A DNA stretch of 40,000 nucleotides from positions 3,884,859-3,924,858 of the forward strand of contig BPJS01000001.1 in NCBI GenBank assembly GCA_026004735.1. The letters are read 5' to 3'. The notes under the pieces were generated by a model, which was given only the letters and a program-made list of their open reading frames with translations, was not told the DNA's origin and did no database searches. Positions within the stretch are counted from its first letter, which is position 1, and the number at the start of each line of letters is the position of its first letter. Positions 1 to 7,945 of the stretch are shown here, piece after piece. Origin of the DNA: Isosphaeraceae bacterium. GTDB lineage: Bacteria; Planctomycetota; Planctomycetia; Isosphaerales; Isosphaeraceae. The translations under genes and the position numbers were made by a program.

Positions 1-1095
1 TTCCTCCCGATGCCGTCCCACCGCCAACCAGGGCGAACCCGGTGGCCGGCCAAGCCAGGAACCCAGCGCCAAGCCAACCCCAAGCGCCAGCAGCCCCGCC
101 CCGCCTAGAATTAGCGCCGCACGCGCATTACCCGTCCGCCAGCTTGACCCTCCGGCGACCAGGGCCAACCCGAGAGCCACCGGGATCGCCAGCAACGCCC
201 CGCCGAGATAACCCTGCAGCCCGGCTCCCGCCAAATAGAATGGGATCGCCAGCCCGATCCACGGTCCCGATCCGTCTTGACGCACCCGCACGACCAGCGG
301 CTCACGGCTTCCGCGAGGCGCCAGGGCCTGCGCCACCAGCGCTAGCACGAGCGGCAGCGCCAGGCTCCCCAACGCCAGTTGGCCGCCCGGACCCGCCACA
401 TGCGGCCCGATCGCGTAGGCCGGCTCGATCCGCGGAACCATCTGCTCCGACTCTGGCCGTCCGGCCGGCGCCAGCGCGCGCCAGCGGGCAACGTGCGGAC
501 CGGCAAGCCGCTCGTTCATCGACGGTCCCCACCATGGGCCCGATTCCGGCGCCACGATTCCGTAGACACCCGGCGCATGGGCCGCGAGCTGCAGCAGTCC
601 CGAGAGCGTACCCACCCCAAACCCGGCGATCACCGCGCCCCAGACCAGCCGCAGCCGACCGGCCCGATCCACGTGGTGAGCGACCACGACCGCCAACACG
701 ACGCACGTCAAAGCGGCCAGCGTCCACCGCAACGTCGCCGGCCGGTCAAGACTCACGACCCAGGGCTGAGCTGAGGAGGCCTCCGGATCCGCCGCGATCG
801 AGCTTCGCGGACTGAGCCAGGCTAACCGCCCCGGCAGCGGCAGATTCTGGACGATTCCCAGCCCGACGATCAGCAGCCCTAGGGCTGTCAGCGGGCTGCG
901 GAGAAAACCTATTCCGCCGGCCAGCGCCGATCGGACGAGCCAGACCACCACCGCCGCCGTCGCCAAGGTGGCGAGCACCGGAGGATACCACCAGACCTGT
1001 CCCCCAAACGCGACGATCGTTCCACCGACCATCGCCACGACGATCCCGCTGAGGATCTGATCTAGTCGCTCGATGCCTTGCTCTCGTCGATTCAC
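1..1095 (-). CDS. Polytopic membrane protein, O-antigen ligase/polymerase (Wzy_C)-like; 3' end runs off the left window edge
   Basis: Absent from the supplied ORF track because it has no stop inside the window. Hand translation of the minus strand (plus-strand triplets phased 1,4,7...) is open from 1329 down to position 1. The first plausible start is GTG at 1095, 35 nt after the stop of the upstream Wzc-like gene. The product is a series of hydrophobic helices (ILSGIVVAMVGGTIVAFGG, GLLIVGLGIVQNLPLPGRLAWLSPRS, LAALTCVVLAVVVAHH, ALILGGAGLLALGVGLALGSW). I associate the LPLP..L..LSP loop with O-antigen-ligase-family proteins. It lies on the same strand as the Wzc-like and WecA-like genes. Confidence 0.5.
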   Translation of the reverse strand, partial: MNRREQGIERLDQILSGIVVAMVGGTIVAFGGQVWWYPPVLATLATAAVVVWLVRSALAGGIGFLRSPLTALGLLIVGLGIVQNLPLPGRLAWLSPRSSIAADPEASSAQPWVVSLDRPATLRWTLAALTCVVLAVVVAHHVDRAGRLRLVWGAVIAGFGVGTLSGLLQLAAHAPGVYGIVAPESGPWWGPSMNERLAGPHVARWRALAPAGRPESEQMVPRIEPAYAIGPHVAGPGGQLALGSLALPLVLALVAQALAPRGSREPLVVRVRQDGSGPWIGLAIPFYLAGAGLQGYLGGALLAIPVALGLALVAGGSSWRTGNARAALILGGAGLLALGVGLALGSWLGRPPGSPWLAVGRHREE

Positions 1096-1130
1096 CGATC
1101 CGATCTCCCGGCGTGATCCTCGGCCTGACT

Positions 1131-3329
1131 CTACTGCGCAGCGGTCCCCGGAGCGGGCGCAGCCAGCCGCCGCCGTACCGGTGGTTTGAGCCGCGGCGGC
1201 TCGGTGCGACGCATCGAGTAATCGCACGACCAGTGATGAAAATCCTCGCAGAGATCGTTGAAGACGACCCCCGCGATTTTGGCGCGTGATTGCTCCAAAT
1301 ACTCCTTGGCCCGCCGAAGCGGCAGCAGCTCATGGCTGCCAGCGCGGACGACCAGAACCGTTGCATCGGCCAGGCGGCCCAGGATGCGCCCATCAGCCAG
1401 ACCCAACACCGCCGGGGCGTCCAGGATGACCCGATGGTAGTCGCGCGCCAGCCGCCCCAGCAGGTCGCGAAGCTCGCGGCTGCCGAGGACCTCGATGGGA
1501 ACCCCTCCCAACTCCCCGGCCGGCAGGACATCCAGATTATCCAACTCCGGATCGGCCCCGATGGCGTGGTCCAGCGGTAGCTCACCGCGAAGCACGTCGA
1601 CCAGCCCAACATTGGGCTCGCCGGGCAAGAGCCCCACCACCGACGGTCGTCGCAGATCGCAATCGACCAGGATCGTCCGCTCGCCGGCACGCGCGCAGGC
1701 GGCCGCGAGGTTGAGCGCGACGGTGCTCTTGCCGTCACCCGCCTTGGGGCTGGTCACCAGGATCGTCACCAGAGGCCGGTCGCTCCACTCCAACCCGAGC
1801 AGCCCGGCCCTTACGTTGCGGAAGGCGTCGGCCTCGAGCGAATCCGGAATCCCCGGCGTCCAGAGGTGAATCCCCCGGCAGACCCCCGCATGCCGGCGAA
1901 TTCGCGGAATAACGCCCAGAATCGGCAACGCCAGTCCCGCGCTCAATTGCTCCGGCGCCTTGATGGCCCGGTCGCAACTCTCCAGGGCAATCACCAACCC
2001 CACTCCCGCCACCAACGCGAACAAGGCGGCCAACCCAAACCCCAGGACGCGATTCGGCCGGGCCGGCTTGAGCGGCGTGATGGCCCGCTGCGTAATCTCG
2101 ATCGGCCGCTTCAACGTCGCCGCGACTTGCTTGAACTTGACCAGATTTTCGCGCAGATGACCAATCAGCAGCTCGAGCTCCTCGCGGTTTTTCATCAACC
2201 CCAAGTAGGTTTGAAACTGTGGCGCCGCCCGGCGCAACTCGACTTGCTGGCGCGCAAGCTGCTCCTCCAGCTCGCGAATTTCCTCCGTGGCGCGGTGAAT
2301 CTGCATGCCGGCCAGATCGGGCAATCGCCCGGCGAAATCCTGGCTCGCCTGGAGCGCTTCGATCTGATCGAGCACGTCGCCGAGCCGTTGCGAGAGCAGT
2401 TTGACGTACGGGTCGTTCCGAAACGAGCGAACCGTCCGGCGCAGATATTCAAGCTGGTACTCGAGCTGATCCTTGAGCTGATAGAGCTGAGCGAGCGTGC
2501 CCGCGGCCGGATGGTCCGATCGCGCGGTGCCAGTGCGCAAATGAGGCCAGAGCTGCGCCAGGCGCTGCTCATGAACCAGATCGTCGAGCCGGACCTTCTT
2601 TTGAAGCAAGACCGACTTCAACCCGAGTACCTCGTCTTCGAGGAAGTTCCGTCCGTTGGCGGCCAGGTAGGGGGCCTCGACCAGCAGCTTCGACTGTGCC
2701 TGGTTGACCTGCTCCACCTGACGCTCCAGCTCCCGCAGCGTTTCCTCAGCCTTGGTGATCGAGGCGTTGACCCCCCGCGCCCCTTCCTCGTAGGCCCGAT
2801 TGGCGGCGGCGGTCAGCAACGTGTTGAGCAACCGCGCGACCCGGTCCTGGTCGCGGCTGTCGAGCGTCACGACGAACAGGCTGGTCCCCGGAATCCGCTT
2901 CGAAGTCAGCCCGGTGCTGATCTCGGCGGCCAGCGCGGCGGCAGCAGCCGGGTCGCTCGGCTCGAATTGCCGCACCACCTCATCGATCAGCGTTTTGTTC
3001 CGAAGCTGCGCCACCTTGTTCAGGACGAACTGCTCCGAGTTGTCCCGATTCAGGTGGGCCGGCGTCTCCACAATCACCGAAAGCTGGCCATCGAACTGGG
3101 GCGGGACCACCTCGATCTCGGCCACTGCCTGGTAGATCGACGGCAGTTTCAACACCAGCACCATCCCCAGCCCGCCCACCGCGACCGCGACCATGAGCGC
3201 AAGCCACCATCGCCGCCTCAAGGCGCGGACGTAATCCAGGCCCGTCTTGGGGGGCACGCCGACGATCGCGGATGTGCGCGCGGGTGTCGGGCTGTGCGGA
3301 GCACCGTAGGCCGCGATGATCCGATCCAT
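1131..3329 (-). CDS. Polysaccharide co-polymerase / BY-kinase-like ATPase (Wzc/GumC/ExoP family: Wzz-type chain-length domain plus MinD/CpsD-type P-loop domain)
   Basis: 732-aa ORF. The N-terminal TM is followed by a long coiled-coil periplasmic region, a second TM, and a C-terminal ATPase. The ATPase has Walker A 'SPKAGDGKSTVALNLA', Walker A' 'ILVDCDLRRPS' and Walker B 'VILDAPAV'. An SD-like GGGGGTGA lies 5-12 nt upstream of the ATG at 3329. Confidence 0.85.
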   Translation of the reverse strand: MDRIIAAYGAPHSPTPARTSAIVGVPPKTGLDYVRALRRRWWLALMVAVAVGGLGMVLVLKLPSIYQAVAEIEVVPPQFDGQLSVIVETPAHLNRDNSEQFVLNKVAQLRNKTLIDEVVRQFEPSDPAAAAALAAEISTGLTSKRIPGTSLFVVTLDSRDQDRVARLLNTLLTAAANRAYEEGARGVNASITKAEETLRELERQVEQVNQAQSKLLVEAPYLAANGRNFLEDEVLGLKSVLLQKKVRLDDLVHEQRLAQLWPHLRTGTARSDHPAAGTLAQLYQLKDQLEYQLEYLRRTVRSFRNDPYVKLLSQRLGDVLDQIEALQASQDFAGRLPDLAGMQIHRATEEIRELEEQLARQQVELRRAAPQFQTYLGLMKNREELELLIGHLRENLVKFKQVAATLKRPIEITQRAITPLKPARPNRVLGFGLAALFALVAGVGLVIALESCDRAIKAPEQLSAGLALPILGVIPRIRRHAGVCRGIHLWTPGIPDSLEADAFRNVRAGLLGLEWSDRPLVTILVTSPKAGDGKSTVALNLAAACARAGERTILVDCDLRRPSVVGLLPGEPNVGLVDVLRGELPLDHAIGADPELDNLDVLPAGELGGVPIEVLGSRELRDLLGRLARDYHRVILDAPAVLGLADGRILGRLADATVLVVRAGSHELLPLRRAKEYLEQSRAKIAGVVFNDLCEDFHHWSCDYSMRRTEPPRLKPPVRRRLAAPAPGTAAQ

Positions 3330-3379
3330 GAATCACCCCCTGGTCCGTGGGGAGGCTTCGACGAGTCCATCCGGATCTA

Positions 3380-5020
3380 TTAATCTGCCGGTCCCGAGGC
3401 CGCGGCCGCAAGCCCCCAGCCGCTGGCTTCCAACGTTCGGCCTCGCGGATACGCAGCGGGGGTCAATGCAGGATCCTCTCTCTCGACGACGCCCTGGGAC
3501 GTTCCGTCCGATGCGGGATCGAGGACGCGAAATCGTTGGGCCGCGGCCTGCGCCAGCCGCTGCACAGCGCGGAGCGCGATATCGGCGTCGATCGCCGAAT
3601 CGAGCGGATGATCGAGCCGAATCTGCAGCCGGTCTGCGTCGCAGCCGATCGAGAATTGAACCCGGACCGGCTTCCCGGGCAGGTGTGCTGCAAGCCGCTG
3701 GTCGTATTCCCACGGGTCAACGCCGGGCCGCTCGCGGACTAGCTCCAGCCGCCATGCGCCGACCGCTAGCGCCGCTTCGGCGACCAGCTCCGCGACGCCG
3801 TCGGGGTCGCTGGCCAGCTCGATCCGTTGAATCGTCTCCCAGGTGATCCGGGCGGCCATCCGCTCCTGCCGTCGCCGCCGCCGCCGCTCCCGCAGATCGA
3901 CGACGAGCTGACTCAATTCATCCCGCCGGCTGGTCAAGACCAGCAGGAATGCCGCGCAGCCGCTGGTCCCCAGCAAAAGCGCCAGCATCTCGTTCCGCCA
4001 GGCGACGCCCAGGAGCACGATCCCACACAGACCGGCCGTGAAGAAGTACAGGACGACGGCCGCTTGGCGTGGCGTCAGTCCCAGCCCGATCAGCAGGTGG
4101 TGAATGTGCCGTCGGTCGGCCGCGCTGAGCGGCAGATCACGCACCCAGCGGCGAAAGATCGCCATGGCCGTATCCGTGATGGGCAGGCCCATGGCCAGGA
4201 CCGGAAACAAGAGCGCGACGGCCGTCGTCCCCTTGAGCGAGCCGAGCACCCCGATCACGCCGATCGTCAGTCCCATCAACAGACTGCCGCAGTCGCCCAG
4301 GAAGATGCAGGCCGGGTGCCAGTTGTAGAGCAGGAAGCCCGCCAGACTCCCGCCCAGAGCCGCCGCCAATAGCGCCGAGCCAAGGTTGTCGTGGTAGATC
4401 GCCACCAGGAGCAATGTCCCGCAGACCAGTAGCCCGACTCCCGAGGCCAGACCATCCATCCCATCGATCAGGTTCCAGACGTTCATACACCCCAGAAACC
4501 AGAGCAGGGTCACGGTCAGACTTGGGGCGTCGATCGTCAAGGCAAAGCCTAGTCCCGGCAACGGCAGCGCTACCGAATAACTCAGCGGAATCGAATACCC
4601 GAGAAACTCGATCCCGGCGATGCGGATGCCGCCCGCGTAAAGCACCAACACCGACACCGTTTGGCCGAGCAGCTTGGTCCGCGGACTGAGGCCCCGCGTA
4701 TCGTCCACCACCCCGATCAAGAGAATCAGCAGCGCTGATCCGGCCAGGGCAAGGTGCCGCGATGAGATTCCCGGAATCGGATTGCCGGCGTCGATCGCCC
4801 AGAGACTGGCCAGCCCCAGGCCGCAAGCCAGCCCACAGGCCAGCCCTAGGCCTCCGAGCCTCGGAATCGAGCCGCGGTGGATCCGGCGAAACTGGTCCGG
4901 GCGGTCGATCGCGTTGAGCCAGCCGGCCAGTCGCGTCACCACGGGGATCGCCAGCACGCAGCCCATGAACGCCAGCGCGAAGACGACCAGATACGGATTG
5001 GAGCTCATCGCGGCGGCCAT
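3380..5020 (-). CDS. Glycosyltransferase family 4 (WecA/MraY-like polyprenyl-phosphate sugar-1-phosphate transferase) with a ~190-aa C-terminal cytoplasmic extension
   Basis: 546-aa ORF with about 10 predicted TM helices and the family signature 'NLIDGMDGLASG'; 'RHIHHLL' lies near the last loops. An alternative start exists at 5008 (MSSNPY...). It sits upstream of the Wzc-like gene on the same strand with a 50-nt gap. Confidence 0.85.
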   Translation of the reverse strand: MAAAMSSNPYLVVFALAFMGCVLAIPVVTRLAGWLNAIDRPDQFRRIHRGSIPRLGGLGLACGLACGLGLASLWAIDAGNPIPGISSRHLALAGSALLILLIGVVDDTRGLSPRTKLLGQTVSVLVLYAGGIRIAGIEFLGYSIPLSYSVALPLPGLGFALTIDAPSLTVTLLWFLGCMNVWNLIDGMDGLASGVGLLVCGTLLLVAIYHDNLGSALLAAALGGSLAGFLLYNWHPACIFLGDCGSLLMGLTIGVIGVLGSLKGTTAVALLFPVLAMGLPITDTAMAIFRRWVRDLPLSAADRRHIHHLLIGLGLTPRQAAVVLYFFTAGLCGIVLLGVAWRNEMLALLLGTSGCAAFLLVLTSRRDELSQLVVDLRERRRRRRQERMAARITWETIQRIELASDPDGVAELVAEAALAVGAWRLELVRERPGVDPWEYDQRLAAHLPGKPVRVQFSIGCDADRLQIRLDHPLDSAIDADIALRAVQRLAQAAAQRFRVLDPASDGTSQGVVEREDPALTPAAYPRGRTLEASGWGLAAAASGPAD

Positions 5021-5405
5021 CCCGGTTGCCGTAAGAGTCTGGCTGGGATCGCCGCGGTGTTGCCGAACCGTTCGCGCCCTAGAGCCACCCGAAGGCCCGT
5101 CCCGAAGAGCCTAAACGCGCCGGGGTCCGTGAGGTCTCTGGCCAGCGGTGCGAGTCGTTCGTTCCGTCGGCGATCCAGCAGCCATGCACCACGCGGTTGC
5201 GGAGAAGGACATCCTGATCCCTCGATCGCGGACACCACGACCGCGGCATGGCTCGATCCCGGTCGCAACGCGCACAACCGCCACCGCCGGGATCGGGAGT
5301 CGGAGTATCACCGCCCCTGCCCCTTCGGTCAAGTCCGAAGCCTACGCCGTAGCTCGTTTCGTCTGTTGGACCGATTTGATTCCGGTTACGCTTGCAAGTG
5401 GCATT

Positions 5406-5425
5406 GCCGCGGATCCATCCGCGGC
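5406..5425 (+). promoter_or_regulatory. GC-rich hairpin in the selB 5' leader (GCCGCGG-ATCCAT-CCGCGGC)
   Basis: Perfect 7-bp G/C stem with a 6-nt loop, read directly from the sequence. It ends 25 nt upstream of the selB ATG (5451). Function unknown. Confidence 0.3.
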
Positions 5426-5450
5426 GAGCGGTGATTCGGTTGAGACTTCC

Positions 5451-7415
5451 ATGCCACCGCTTCGCGACCTCGTGATCGGTTCGGCCGGCCACATCGACCA
5501 CGGCAAGACCTCGCTCGTGCGTGCCTTGACGGGGATCGACACCGACAGGCTTCCCGCCGAGAAGCAGCGAGGCATCACGATCGACCTGGGCTTCGCTGCG
5601 CTCGAGCTCGGTCGATTCCGCCTGGCGATCGTCGACGTTCCGGGCCACGAGCGGTTCATTCGCAACATGGTTGCCGGCGCCAGCGGGCTGGACCTTGCCT
5701 TGCTGGCTGTCGCCGCCGACGATTCGGTGATGCCTCAAACCCGCGAACACCTGGAGATCCTCGGTTTCCTCAATCTGCGGGGCGGGGTGATTGCGCTGAC
5801 CAAATGCGACCTGGTCGATCACGCCTGGTTGGATCTGGTCGAGGATGAGGTCCGCCAGCTTGTCGCCGGGACGTTCCTGGCCCAGGCGCCGATCGTCCGG
5901 ACCTCCGCATCGACCGGGTTGGGCCTCGATGCCCTGCGATCCGCCCTAGCCGATGCCTGTCAGCGGGTGCCCGATTCGGACGACCCTGGCCATTTTCGCA
6001 TGCCCATTGATCGCAGTTTTACTCTGGCCGGTCATGGCACGATCGTCACGGGCACCGTCGCTTCCGGCTCGATCGCAGTCGGCGATCCGGTCGAGTGGTG
6101 GCCGGCCGGGCGCCGGCTTCGGGTCCGCGGGCTTCATCGCCACGATCGGCCGGTCGAGCGGGTCGCGCGCGGCATGCGGGCGGCGATCAACTTGACCGGC
6201 GTCCACCACTCCGAGATTGGACGAGGCCACGAACTGGCCGAACCGGGCTACTTGGCCGCGACGTCGATCCTCTCGGTCGAGCTGGCCGTCACCCGCGATG
6301 CGGCTCGTCCGCTCCGGCACCGGCGCCGTTACACGCTGCACATCGGCACCGCCGAGGTCACCGCGTCGCTCGCCCTGTTCGACACGAGCGAAGCCCGCCC
6401 CGGTTCCATTCAGCGGGCGCAGCTCCTGCTGGCCAGGCCGGTTGTCGCCGTCTGGGGCGAACCATTTGTGCTCCGCGAGCAAAGCCCCCCCGCCACGGTC
6501 GGCGGCGGCCGCGTCGTGGAGCCGACCGCCAGCCGGATCCGGCCCCGCGATCGCGTCGCTCTCGACCGACTCGAACGCCGCACTGACGGCGATCCCCCCG
6601 TTCGCGTGCTGGCCGCGCTCGAGCGCCTTGGGCTGGAGCCTCCCGACTTTCGGTCGCTCAGTCGCGAGAGCGGGCTGCCCGACTCCCAGCTCCCGAACAT
6701 CCTGACTAAGCTCCACGCCACCGGCGCCCTGGTCGAGATTCCTCTGGCCCCACAGCGAACGACCTTCGCCCCCTCCAGCCGTGTGGCGGAGCTTGAGGAT
6801 CGAATTCTCCGCGTCGTCCAGCGCGGCCATGCCGCCCGCCCGCGTCTCTCCGCCCTGCGCCGGGGTGAGGTGGTCGCCGCCCTGTCCAATCTCGGCCCCG
6901 AGCCGCTGGTCTGCGGGTTGATCGATCGCCTCAGCGCAGCGGGACGACTCACGGCCGACCGCCACAGCCTGGCCCTGCCCGATCATGTCCCCCGACTGAC
7001 TCAGGCCGAGCGTAAATTGAAGGATGAACTGGCAGCGGCCATTTGTTCGGGCGGCCTGGCGCCCCCCGATCTGTCGCAGTTGACGGCCCTGGCTGGGCCC
7101 CGCGCCGCCAGTGTGCCTGATCTGCTGGAGCTGCTCGTCATCGAAGGGCGGATCGTCGAGATCGGCGGCGGACTCTGGATCGATCGCCAGATCGAGCAGG
7201 CCGTTCGCGCTCAGGTCAGCCAGCGCCTCCTCAACTCCGGCAGCGAGGGGCTGACCATGGCGGGCCTCCGCGACCTGCTCGCGACCACCCGCAAATACGC
7301 GGTCCCGCTCGGGGAATATCTGGACCGGCAGGGCATCACCCGTCGCGAGGGCGACCTACGCTTCGCCGGTCCGGCGCTCGCTCGGGATTCCCTCGCGGAG
7401 CCGACTCAGCCATGA
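5451..7415 (+). CDS. selB: Selenocysteine-specific translation elongation factor SelB
   Basis: GTPase motifs are G1 '[10 protein letters not shown]', G3 'DVPGHERF' and G4 'LTKCDL'. EF-Tu-like domains II/III are followed by a long C-terminal extension of ~270 aa, consistent with the SECIS-binding winged-helix repeats. The start is placed at ATG 5451 ([20 protein letters not shown]) rather than the track's 5148. The 101 extra codons have no SelB counterpart and an Arg/Pro/Thr-rich composition. Confidence 0.9.
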   Translation: MPPLRDLVIGSAGHIDHGKTSLVRALTGIDTDRLPAEKQRGITIDLGFAALELGRFRLAIVDVPGHERFIRNMVAGASGLDLALLAVAADDSVMPQTREHLEILGFLNLRGGVIALTKCDLVDHAWLDLVEDEVRQLVAGTFLAQAPIVRTSASTGLGLDALRSALADACQRVPDSDDPGHFRMPIDRSFTLAGHGTIVTGTVASGSIAVGDPVEWWPAGRRLRVRGLHRHDRPVERVARGMRAAINLTGVHHSEIGRGHELAEPGYLAATSILSVELAVTRDAARPLRHRRRYTLHIGTAEVTASLALFDTSEARPGSIQRAQLLLARPVVAVWGEPFVLREQSPPATVGGGRVVEPTASRIRPRDRVALDRLERRTDGDPPVRVLAALERLGLEPPDFRSLSRESGLPDSQLPNILTKLHATGALVEIPLAPQRTTFAPSSRVAELEDRILRVVQRGHAARPRLSALRRGEVVAALSNLGPEPLVCGLIDRLSAAGRLTADRHSLALPDHVPRLTQAERKLKDELAAAICSGGLAPPDLSQLTALAGPRAASVPDLLELLVIEGRIVEIGGGLWIDRQIEQAVRAQVSQRLLNSGSEGLTMAGLRDLLATTRKYAVPLGEYLDRQGITRREGDLRFAGPALARDSLAEPTQP

Positions 7416-7945
7416 AATTCCTGGGACTGCTGAGAACCCATGGAACGCCGGTCTGCATCGCGCGGAGCGACTCCCTGGCCGACTGGGATGGCTGGGACCC
7501 CCACCTGCTCGAGGGCGACGAACTGGTCTCGACGGTCGTCGCCGGCGACGGCGCACGGTTCGCGCTGATGCGGCCGGCCAGCGATCGCGTGGCCGTCTTT
7601 GCCGACCATGAGGGATTCGCCCTCCTGGAAGATCCCTACGGCGGAGAGGACTACAACCTGCACGACGCCCTGTTTGCCCTAGAGTCGCTCGAAATCGAGC
7701 CGGACGTGCTCCGGCTCGCCCGGTTTGGGGGCCCGGTCGCGTTGTTTCCGGCCGAAGTGCCCGGCCGTTCGATCCCCAGTCCGGGTCCGTCCGCGCTTGG
7801 AACGAGCCCGGCCACCATCGCCGACGCGGCCTGGCTTCAACTGATCGAAGGCTACTGGACCGTGTCCCAGTTCACCTTCGAGGATGAACGGCTCGCCGTC
7901 CGCGGCGTCTGGTTCGAAGCCGTGGAGGCCCAGCCGGCGCGATGA
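7412..7945 (+). CDS. Hypothetical soluble acidic protein (177 aa), translationally coupled between selB and selA
   Basis: ATGA overlap with the selB stop (7412-7415) and ATGA overlap with the selA start (7942-7945). Third-position G/C bias matches the neighbours. There is no TM segment and no motif I can assign with confidence. Confidence 0.65.
   Translation: MKFLGLLRTHGTPVCIARSDSLADWDGWDPHLLEGDELVSTVVAGDGARFALMRPASDRVAVFADHEGFALLEDPYGGEDYNLHDALFALESLEIEPDVLRLARFGGPVALFPAEVPGRSIPSPGPSALGTSPATIADAAWLQLIEGYWTVSQFTFEDERLAVRGVWFEAVEAQPAR

Noticed and set aside
42-815. Plus-strand 257-aa ORF, plus overlapping ORFs at 302-727 (-), 379-774 (+) and 746-1738 (-), at the left edge.
   Set aside because: All are Pro/Arg/Ala-rich nonsense-like sequences. 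A different minus-strand frame gives a coherent multi-TM protein across the same region.
1866-3383. 505-aa plus-strand ORF antisense to the Wzc-like gene.
   Set aside because: It has Arg/Pro/Gln/Leu-rich low-complexity composition and no motifs. The opposite strand has Walker motifs and the expected PCP topology.
5300-5400. Possible tRNA-Sec (selC) next to selB, from UCA-containing loops at 5323-5340 (CTTCGG-TCAAGT-CCGAAG) and the complement of ~5366-5385 (ACCGG-AATCAAA-TCGGT).
   Set aside because: The first loop has 6 nt, not 7. The second has A instead of the near-universal U33. I could not find flanking acceptor, D or T arms or a GGTTCGA-type T-loop on either strand. A covariance-model scan would be decisive.
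5148-5450. 101-codon N-terminal extension of selB as listed in the ORF track.
   Set aside because: The extension (MRVVRSVGDPAAMHH...RTTATAGIGSRS...) has no counterpart in SelB, which normally starts a few residues before the G1 motif. ATG 5451 gives [20 protein letters not shown].
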